A DNA stretch of 64,000 bases from Candidatus Omnitrophota bacterium (lineage in GTDB: Bacteria; Omnitrophota; Gorgyraeia; Gygaellales; Profunditerraquicolaceae). Of the stretch, positions 57,325 to 64,000 are shown piece after piece. The notes beneath the pieces were generated by a model that was not told where the DNA came from, made no database searches, and worked only from the letters and a program-made list of their open reading frames with translations. Position 1 is the first letter of the stretch. Each line of letters starts with the position of its first letter. The stretch spans positions 7,903 to 71,902 of the forward strand of contig JAUSED010000003.1 in assembly GCA_030650425.1 (NCBI GenBank), read 5' to 3'. The translations under genes and the position numbers were made by a program.

Positions 57325-57996
57325 ATGATTTATTTATTTGTCGGCCAGGACTCTACCCTTAAAGATTCTCCTCTGAGCGTCAAAGATACCCAGCTAAAAC
57401 AGATCAAAGAAGTATTCCTTCCTAAAAAAGTAGAGCAGTTTAATTATGATTGCCTTTACGCGGAAACGCTGAAGCTTACAGACTTGCAGGAAAGACTGCT
57501 CTGTCTCCCGGTGAACTCGCCTAAAAGAATGATTGTGGTAAGGAACGTTCAGGAATTAGCCGCGGATATAGAGGCCTTTATTTTAGAGTGGGCAAAATCA
57601 GGGGAGCGTTCAATCCTTCTGCTTTTAGATATAGAAGACGCGGGGAAAAAAGATGATTTTCTGAAGAAGATCCATCAATACGCTAAAGTATTTCGTTTTA
57701 AAGAAACAACCAGCCTGAATACCTTTAATCTTACCCGTTCGATAGAAGAGCGAAGGCCGGATCACGCGCTGAGGATATTGGATCAGCTTTTAAAAGACGG
57801 GGAGAGGCCGGAGAGGATCATGGGTGGATTAAGGTATGCCTTGGAGAAAAGCCGGTTAAACCCACTGGAAATAAAGCGCAGGCTTAGGCTGTTGATCGAT
57901 AGCGATATCGAAATTAAAACAGGGAGGGTTAAACCTGTTTTGGCCTTGGAAAAATTAATTGTGCGGTTATGCGCCCTTGTTCAACCGTTTCATTAA
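57325..57996 (+). CDS. holA: DNA polymerase III delta subunit (short).
   Basis: N-terminus MIYLFVGQDSTL ... KRMIVVRNVQEL typical of HolA, with synteny after lptE. ATG 57325 follows the lptE stop. Confidence 0.55.
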   Translation: MIYLFVGQDSTLKDSPLSVKDTQLKQIKEVFLPKKVEQFNYDCLYAETLKLTDLQERLLCLPVNSPKRMIVVRNVQELAADIEAFILEWAKSGERSILLLLDIEDAGKKDDFLKKIHQYAKVFRFKETTSLNTFNLTRSIEERRPDHALRILDQLLKDGERPERIMGGLRYALEKSRLNPLEIKRRLRLLIDSDIEIKTGRVKPVLALEKLIVRLCALVQPFH

Positions 57997-58230
57997 GCGG
58001 GATTTCCTGCGGTTAGCTGTGGCGGGGTGGATGGTTCTTTTTTTAGCCGCTTTATCCAATTGTGAAAATACCTGAACCAGTATTTTTTTAGCCTCGGTAA
58101 TATTCTTTGCCGTAAGCAGGCCTTGAAACTGTTTGACCGTCTTCTTAAGCTGTTGTTTGATTTTCAGGTTTTGCAGGTGTTTTTTCTTATCCTGCCGCGT
58201 TTTTTTAACCGATGTTCTACGTCTTGGCAT
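57967..58230 (-). CDS. rpsT: Ribosomal protein S20.
   Basis: Basic 87-aa protein MPRRRTSVKKTRQDKKKHLQNL...ANRRKSRLMKRLN. An AAGGAG RBS lies upstream on the minus strand. Confidence 0.7.
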   Translation of the reverse strand: MPRRRTSVKKTRQDKKKHLQNLKIKQQLKKTVKQFQGLLTAKNITEAKKILVQVFSQLDKAAKKRTIHPATANRRKSRLMKRLNKGA

Positions 58231-58272
58231 ATTAGTTTCTCCTTTTAAATAAATTAGCATAATTCATTATTT

Positions 58273-59835
58273 ATGTCAACAGCCAAATATCCGCATCACT
58301 CTAACCGTAGAGTAGCTAAATCCGCCAGCGTCATCGGCCTGGCCACGCTTATCTCTCGCCTATTAGGATTCTTGCGGGATATTGTGATTGCCCGGCTTTT
58401 CGGGGTCTATGTCTACGCGCAGGCATTTGTGATTGCCTTCAGGATACCCAATCTCTTCCGGGACCTAGTCGGAGAAGGAGCGACCAACGCCGCCTTTGTT
58501 CCGGTATTCAGCGAATACGCTGAGCGCCATAGCCAAGAGGAATTTTGGGAGCTGGCTAATGTTGTGCTTAACCTGCTCTTGATCATACTGATGGCCATTA
58601 CCATTCTGGGCATAATATTTTCTCCAGTGATTGTGCGCTTAATCGCTCCCGGGTTTAGCGCTTCTCCGGAGAAATTAGCCGCGACCATCAAACTTAACCG
58701 GATTATTTTTCCTTACATCTTGCTAATAAGTTTAAGCGCCTATTCTATGGGCCTGCTGAATTCTCTCAAAGATTTCACTGTCTCTGCTTTTGCTCCCTGC
58801 CTTTTGAATATCTCCATTATTATCTTTGCCATGCTTTTTGGAGAAGGGATTAAGGGTTTGGCTTTAGGCGTTTTAACCGGCGGCGTTCTGCAACTAGCCG
58901 TGCAGATACCGGTGTTGTATAAAAAGGGTTTCCGCCTCAAAAGACCTAAAACCCTGAATCATCCGGCTGCTCAAACTATCGGCAAGTTAATGCTGCCGCG
59001 GCTTTTAAGCTCCTGTATTTATCAGCTGAATAATTTTGTCGATTCGATTTTCGGCTCATTGGCTTGGATCGTCGGAGAGGGAGGGGTGGCAGTTTTATAT
59101 TTTTCGTACAGGCTGATTCAATTTCCTTTGGGAGTTTTTAGCAACGCGTTATCTCAGGCAATCCTGCCGGCTTTTTCTACGCACGCCTTGGAAGAATCGC
59201 CTGATAAGTTGAAACATGCCCTATCCTGGGGCTTACGCGCGGTATTCTTTGTGATGCTCCCTGCCTCCGCGGGCTTTATGGTTTTAGCTAAACCATTGAT
59301 CTGGACGCTCTTTGGAGGAGGCCGCTTCGACAGCTACGCCAGTAATCTTACCGCCAGCGCTTTATTCTATTATAGCTTGGGATTATCCGCTTACGGCGGA
59401 ACCAAAATATTACAATCATGTTTTTTTAGCCTTAAAGATACAGTCACGCCTACTAAAACTGCCGCCTTATCTTTGATCTTAAATATTATCTTTATCATTA
59501 TTTTTATCTACCCTTTAAAGATTGCCGGGATTGCCTTGGCTACATCCTTATCCGGGATAATTACCTTTTTGGTTTTATTTTCTATTCTTAAAAAAAAGAT
59601 AGGGGATTTTGGAGTGGGCCAGATTGGCGCTTCTTTTCTGCGCGTCCTGCTGGCGAGCCTTGCTATGGGGGTCGTTTGTTATTTTACATCCCAGTTGCGT
59701 ATTAATCGATTCCTGAATTTAAGCGTTAGCGTTCTGGCGGGCCTATCTTCTTATGTAATTTTTTGTTTTATATTTAAGGTTAGCGAAATGCGCCAGCTCT
59801 GGAGCTGGGTGGTGCATAAAGAAAGAATAGGATAA
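58273..59835 (+). CDS. murJ: Lipid II flippase MurJ (MviN).
   Basis: N-terminus SVIGLATLISRLLGFLRDIVIARLFG, and 14 TM helices. Confidence 0.9.
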   Translation: MSTAKYPHHSNRRVAKSASVIGLATLISRLLGFLRDIVIARLFGVYVYAQAFVIAFRIPNLFRDLVGEGATNAAFVPVFSEYAERHSQEEFWELANVVLNLLLIILMAITILGIIFSPVIVRLIAPGFSASPEKLAATIKLNRIIFPYILLISLSAYSMGLLNSLKDFTVSAFAPCLLNISIIIFAMLFGEGIKGLALGVLTGGVLQLAVQIPVLYKKGFRLKRPKTLNHPAAQTIGKLMLPRLLSSCIYQLNNFVDSIFGSLAWIVGEGGVAVLYFSYRLIQFPLGVFSNALSQAILPAFSTHALEESPDKLKHALSWGLRAVFFVMLPASAGFMVLAKPLIWTLFGGGRFDSYASNLTASALFYYSLGLSAYGGTKILQSCFFSLKDTVTPTKTAALSLILNIIFIIIFIYPLKIAGIALATSLSGIITFLVLFSILKKKIGDFGVGQIGASFLRVLLASLAMGVVCYFTSQLRINRFLNLSVSVLAGLSSYVIFCFIFKVSEMRQLWSWVVHKERIG

Positions 59836-59842
59836 TTAAGCA

Positions 59843-59898
59843 GTAGGGGACACTTTCCTTTTGAAGTTCTAGTTAGAACCCTGACGGAAAGTGTCCCC
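59843..59898. repeat. Family-2 palindromic element copy C: AGGGGACACTTTCC - loop - GGAAAGTGTCCCCT, with the loop inverted relative to the 5165-5216 copy.
   Basis: The loop ttttgaagttctagttagaaccctgac is the reverse complement of the loop at 5178-5203, allowing 2 mismatches. Confidence 0.85.
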
Positions 59899-59909
59899 TT
59901 ACCCGAAAG

Positions 59910-61145
59910 ATGATGCCTAATTTAAGAGAGATTATCGCGCGGGCGCCGGATACCTCCGGCGTATATTTGATGAAGGATAAGGCTGGCCGGGTGATTTACG
60001 TAGGCAAAGCCAAGTCTTTAAAAAAGCGGTTATTAAATTATCTGGGAAGAAACCTGGATACTAAAACCGTGATCTTAATCTCGAATGTGGCTGATATTGA
60101 ATATCGGCTTGCTCCAACCGAAAGCCTCGCCTTATTATTGGAAGCAAGCCTGATACATAAATATGATCCGAAATACAACGTTTCTTTACGCGATGATAAG
60201 AGCTTCCCGCTAGTCAAGATCACTAATGAAGAATTTCCGGCGATTTGTATTACGCGTAAGAGGGAGGATGATGGAGCCCGCTATTTCGGCCCTTACACCA
60301 GCGCGTCGCTTTTGAGAGAGGCATTAAAGATTATCCGTAAGCGTTTTCCTTACCGTTCTTGTAAACAGATGCCGCGCGAGGCTTGCCTGTATTACCGCAT
60401 CGGCCTGTCTCCCGCGCCTTGTGTCGGTAAAATAAATAAGCGGGAATATGCTAGAACCATAAAAAATATTTCTTTGATTTTAGAAGGTAAGACCGACGCG
60501 CTGATGAAGAAATTACTGACTGAAATGAAATTACGGGCTAAAAAGCACGATTTTGAAGAGGCGGCTAAAATCCGGGATCAGCTAAATGCCTTAAGCGCCA
60601 TAGCCGAAAATTACGCAGGCGCGCCTAATCAAGGCGATTTAGAAGACTTAAAGAATCTTTTACAGCTGAAGAAGCTTCCTGAAAGGATAGAGGCCTTTGA
60701 TATTTCCAATATTTCCGGTAAAGAGGCTACCGGTTCCATGGTAAGTTTCTATCGAGGTTTGCCGGATAAGAATAATTATCGCAGGTTTCGGATTAAAACG
60801 GTTAAGGCTATCGATGATTACGGGATGCTGGCGGAAGTAGTCCAGAGGCGTTATCTCCGGCTGATGAAAGAGAAACTTCCCTTGCCGGACTTAATTATTA
60901 TTGACGGAGGAAGGGCGCATTTGGCGACTGCCGCCAGAGTGCTGGCCGGACTCGGCTTAAACATTCCTTTAACGAGTATCGCCAAAGAAGAGGAGTATAT
61001 CTATTTGGGTGGAACTTTAAAACCGATAAAATTATCATTCGATACCCCGGCTCTGAATTTAATCCGGCGTATCCGCGACGAAGCGCACAGGTTTGCATTG
61101 GCCTATCATCATATATTGAGAAGAAAAAAGTTAATAGGAAGATAA
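59910..61145 (+). CDS. UvrC-family excinuclease homolog (GIY-YIG plus endonuclease V-like domain), shorter than canonical UvrC.
   Basis: GIY-YIG motif GVYLMKDKAGRVIYVGKAKSLKKRLLNY, and a UvrC-like region IEAFDISNISGKEATGSMVSF. At 411 aa it is well short of about 600. Confidence 0.65.
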   Translation: MMPNLREIIARAPDTSGVYLMKDKAGRVIYVGKAKSLKKRLLNYLGRNLDTKTVILISNVADIEYRLAPTESLALLLEASLIHKYDPKYNVSLRDDKSFPLVKITNEEFPAICITRKREDDGARYFGPYTSASLLREALKIIRKRFPYRSCKQMPREACLYYRIGLSPAPCVGKINKREYARTIKNISLILEGKTDALMKKLLTEMKLRAKKHDFEEAAKIRDQLNALSAIAENYAGAPNQGDLEDLKNLLQLKKLPERIEAFDISNISGKEATGSMVSFYRGLPDKNNYRRFRIKTVKAIDDYGMLAEVVQRRYLRLMKEKLPLPDLIIIDGGRAHLATAARVLAGLGLNIPLTSIAKEEEYIYLGGTLKPIKLSFDTPALNLIRRIRDEAHRFALAYHHILRRKKLIGR

Positions 61146-61423
61146 TGAAACCTTTTACTAAAAAAGTTTACCAGGCAGTTTTAAGCATACCGCTGGGCGA
61201 GGTGCGCAGCTATAAATGGGTAGCTCACCAAGCCGGTAATAGGAAAGCTTACCGGGCCGTAGGAACGATTTTAAATAAGAACCCTTTTCCTATAATGATT
61301 CCTTGTCATCGGGTGATAAAGAGTAATAATATCTTAGGCGGATATATCTTCGGCCAGAAGAGGAAAAAAGAAATCCTGGATTTAGAAAGGGAACTCAAGC
61401 AATGTCTAACGAACAAAGAATAA
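61145..61423 (+). CDS. Methylated-DNA-protein-cysteine methyltransferase DNA-binding domain protein (MGMT/Ogt family).
   Basis: Active-site motif IPCHRVI. Start overlaps the uvrC-like stop (ATGA). Confidence 0.8.
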   Translation: MKPFTKKVYQAVLSIPLGEVRSYKWVAHQAGNRKAYRAVGTILNKNPFPIMIPCHRVIKSNNILGGYIFGQKRKKEILDLERELKQCLTNKE

Positions 61424-62349
61424 GAGGGGCCTTATTCTATTTGAGCGTGGCGGTATTTCTTACCGGATTACCGCTTATTTTGTCCTTTGCTTTAGGTTAC
61501 AAGTTTAACCCGCGTACCTTTAAATTCACCAAGACCGGTATTATCAGTTTAAAGACCCAGCCTCAAGGCGCGGATGTTTATCTGGATGGAAAATTATTAA
61601 ATGATAAAACCCCGGTGACGATCAATGAGCTTCTTCCCGGCCCATACAGCCTTAAGATAGAGTTAAAAAGGCATTATCCCTGGGTTGCCCAGGTTAACGT
61701 CGAACCGCGTAAGGTGGCGCGCTTTGAGAGGATCATACTCTTTCCTGACCGGCCGAATATCAAGCAGCTGAATCAGGATAAGGTATCTTCTTTTTGGGTA
61801 GATAAGGAGGGTGGGAGGGTTTATTATTTTAATCAGGAAGAAAACATCCTTTATAAATCTAATCTGGAAGGGGAAAAGTTCGAAGAGATTGGCAGCATCC
61901 CGCAGGGATTCTCTTCATTGCCCAAGGAACTAAAAATATCCCACGATAGGCAACAGATGCTCATTTTTAGCGCTCATCAGATTTGCGCGCTAACCCTGAA
62001 GGGCCAGGGGGATTTAGCTTATCTTAAGGCCCCGGTTATCTTGAAGTTTCCAAATAAGCAGGTCAATAATGTGTTTTGGCATTCGGATAGTTACCATCTT
62101 ATTTTGGTTACTGATAAGGATGTGGAAGTCCTGGAAAGCGACGAAAATTCCAAGCCGGTAATTCTGGTAAGTTTAAACAGTAAGAATCCCGGTATTTTTT
62201 ACGATACGGATAAGGACGCGCTTTATTTTATGGATTCCCAGAGAGGCGAGGATGGTATTTTGTACAATAATACCTATAAACTCGAATTAAGCAACAAAGA
62301 AAATCTTTTGGATGATCTAATCAAGTTGAGACAAAATGCGCAAGATTAA
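61402..62349 (+). CDS. PEGA-domain membrane-anchored protein.
   Basis: N-terminal TM helix. PEGA-like motif QGADVYLDGKLLNDKTPVTINELLPGPYSLKIE. Confidence 0.55.
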   Translation: MSNEQRIRGALFYLSVAVFLTGLPLILSFALGYKFNPRTFKFTKTGIISLKTQPQGADVYLDGKLLNDKTPVTINELLPGPYSLKIELKRHYPWVAQVNVEPRKVARFERIILFPDRPNIKQLNQDKVSSFWVDKEGGRVYYFNQEENILYKSNLEGEKFEEIGSIPQGFSSLPKELKISHDRQQMLIFSAHQICALTLKGQGDLAYLKAPVILKFPNKQVNNVFWHSDSYHLILVTDKDVEVLESDENSKPVILVSLNSKNPGIFYDTDKDALYFMDSQRGEDGILYNNTYKLELSNKENLLDDLIKLRQNAQD

Positions 62350-63829
62350 AAAAATAAAAAGAGTTTTAGAGATCATCCCGGGAGCTTTATCTTGGGGGAT
62401 GATCATCGGGTTAATCTTGTTGGCTGTATTTCACCCTATTTCCTGCGCTATTATAATTATCGTATTTGATTTTTATTGGATCATCAGGACAGTCTATCTT
62501 ACCACCTTGTTGGTTATGGCGCACCAACAGCTCTACCGGCAAAAGGATATCAATTGGCTGGTTAAATGCCGCAGAATTGGCAAACAATCCGGATTGGAAA
62601 AACTAAAGCACCTGGTCATCTTTCCGGTATATAAAGAGGGCTTGGATATTTTACGGCCCTCTTTAAAAGCTATCCAGGAATGTAACTATTCAAAAGATAA
62701 AATGATTGTAGTCGTAGCCTTTGAGGAGCGCAACCCCGCTTCCCGAGAGAACGCCCAAAAGCTGGAATCCGAATTTAAGGATAAATTTTTCCGCTATCTC
62801 TCCACTTTCCATCCCGATGGCATTAGCGGAGAGGCCCGCACCAAAGGCGCTAACGCTACCTGGGCAGCCAAAAGAGCGAAAGAATTATTAACATCCGAAG
62901 GGATTAACGATGAAGAGGTGATTGTTTCTTGTTTTGACGCGGATACCTGCGTGGCTAAGGAGTATTTCAGCTGCCTGAGTTATCATTTTCTGACTTCGCC
63001 GAATCCTCATCAGGCCAGCTACCAACCGATTCCGGTCTATAATAATAATATCTGGCAGGCGCCTTCGTTCGCGCGCCTGGTTGAAATAAGCTCCTCTTTC
63101 TGCCAGATGATTGAAAGCATGCGCTTGGAGAAATTCGTTACCTTCTCCAGCCACAGTATGAGCTTCAAGACTTTAGTCGCTATAGATTATTGGCCCGTGG
63201 ATATGGTCTCGGATGATTCAGTGATTTACTGGAAAGCGTACCTGTTTTATCAAGGCGATTACCGGGTGGTGCCTTTATATATCACGGTTTCTATGGACGT
63301 CGCTTATTCCAGTAATTTCTTTAAGACCATCCAAATGCAATATAAGCAGAAGAGAAGGTGGGCCTGGGGAGTAGAGAATTTTCCGTTTTTAGTCAGCGCT
63401 TTTTTGGGCGAAGCGCGGATTCCTTTAACTAAAAAAATACGCCGGTCTTTCCATCTTTTGGAAAGCCACGTAACTTGGGCGGTTTGGGCGATTATACTGG
63501 TTTTTATCGGGCCCCTGCCGATCATCGCCGGCGGAACCTTTTTTAATCAAATGTCCATTGGTTATAACCTGCCTAAGATAACCGGTTTGCTTTTTAATTT
63601 TACTTTTGGGGCCAGCCTTGCCTGGATCGTCTTAAGCCGCATCATTTTGCCTCCCCGGCCAAAAGGGGTCAGCTGGCTAAAAAACATAACCATGATCGTC
63701 GAATGGATGATGGTTCCTTTTATCATACTCATACTCGGGTCTTTGCCTGCTTTGGATGCCCAGACGCACCTGTTATTGGGAAAATACATGGAATTTAATC
63801 CTACTCAAAAAAACAAGAGAGTGGTATAA
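62336..63829 (+). CDS. Membrane-embedded family-2 glycosyltransferase (processive synthase-like).
   Basis: N-terminal TM helices, GT-A features (DAD-like FDADTC, QxxRW-like KQKRRWAWG), and C-terminal TM helices. Confidence 0.65.
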   Translation: MRKIKKIKRVLEIIPGALSWGMIIGLILLAVFHPISCAIIIIVFDFYWIIRTVYLTTLLVMAHQQLYRQKDINWLVKCRRIGKQSGLEKLKHLVIFPVYKEGLDILRPSLKAIQECNYSKDKMIVVVAFEERNPASRENAQKLESEFKDKFFRYLSTFHPDGISGEARTKGANATWAAKRAKELLTSEGINDEEVIVSCFDADTCVAKEYFSCLSYHFLTSPNPHQASYQPIPVYNNNIWQAPSFARLVEISSSFCQMIESMRLEKFVTFSSHSMSFKTLVAIDYWPVDMVSDDSVIYWKAYLFYQGDYRVVPLYITVSMDVAYSSNFFKTIQMQYKQKRRWAWGVENFPFLVSAFLGEARIPLTKKIRRSFHLLESHVTWAVWAIILVFIGPLPIIAGGTFFNQMSIGYNLPKITGLLFNFTFGASLAWIVLSRIILPPRPKGVSWLKNITMIVEWMMVPFIILILGSLPALDAQTHLLLGKYMEFNPTQKNKRVV

Positions 63830-63880
63830 TTATTATAAATAAAGATAGCGCAGGGTATAAGCAGCAGGGTGGAGGGTAAA

Positions 63881-64000
63881 ATGAGCATTAAGCAATTAAT
63901 GCGGGAGATGAGCATCTGTAATGCCTCGGATTTGTTCTATCGCGCCGGAGGAAAAGCGCGTTTAAGAATTGACGGAAAACTGGCGCCGGCGGGTGAAAAA
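63881..64000 (+). CDS. pilT: Twitching-motility ATPase PilT, 5' fragment running off the window.
   Basis: N-terminus MSIKQLMREMSICNASDLFYRAGGKARLRIDG matches the PilT N-terminus (...ASDLHL.AG.PP..R.DG). Confidence 0.6.
   Translation, partial: MSIKQLMREMSICNASDLFYRAGGKARLRIDGKLAPAGEK

Overview
This 64-kb window is almost entirely plus-strand coding, with about 70 CDS and two tRNAs. It looks like a diderm bacterium of uncertain, probably uncultivated, lineage at roughly 45% GC by eye. The leuS...lptE-holA, bamD-like, murJ and pilus/T2SS genes support the diderm call. Contents in order are:
- a 5'-partial hypothetical gene and a small cluster with a peptidase-like gene and a GGDEF response regulator;
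- a divergent F-type ATP synthase operon (epsilon, c, fused b-delta, alpha, gamma, beta; no a subunit);
- a type IV pilus / T2SS-like cluster (PilB/GspE, PilC/GspF, PilM-N fusion, PilO, four pseudopilins including a GspK-like gene);
- a CheY-like regulator, a GT39-family membrane glycosyltransferase, a REP-associated tyrosine transposase (RAYT) and ComM/YifB;
- housekeeping genes (L,D-transpeptidase, accA, PadR);
- a type II PKS-like biosynthetic cluster (KS alpha / KS beta / ACP, SRPBCC cyclase, PF04199 cyclase, SDR, B12-radical SAM, amidohydrolase-2);
- crcB plus DUF190;
- a complete-looking 5'-deoxyadenosine/MTA DHAP-shunt cluster (nucleoside phosphorylase, MtnA-like isomerase, class II aldolase-SCP2, class I aldolase, ADH, ALDH);
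- plsC, purU, an acyl-CoA ligase, rlmN, an SGNH hydrolase, DtxR-FeoA plus feoB;
- tRNA-Leu(CAA) on the minus strand and tRNA-Ala(GGC) on the plus strand;
- nfo, leuS, comEA, a short comEC, a bamD-like gene, lptE, holA, rpsT, murJ, a uvrC-like gene, MGMT, a PEGA protein, a GT2 gene and a pilT 5' fragment.
The outstanding feature is the non-coding architecture. Nine intergenic arrays hold 3-5 copies each of a 13-nt palindrome GGAAAC-N-GTTTCC in a strict 23-nt register, with 10-nt linkers drawn from a small recurrent vocabulary. Two of these arrays flank the RAYT gene, so I read this as a REP/BIME-RAYT system with unusually regular phasing. A second ~55-nt hairpin family (GGGGACACTTTCC ... GGAAAGTGTCCCC, conserved loop, 3 copies) resembles the half-sites directly abutting the RAYT. 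A third palindrome family (GTGAC-N-GTCAC) includes a perfect 17-bp-stem hairpin inside the comEC coding sequence. Many ORF-track entries beginning METVS, or carrying WKQFPSQIGNSF-like peptides, are translations of these arrays and are not genes.
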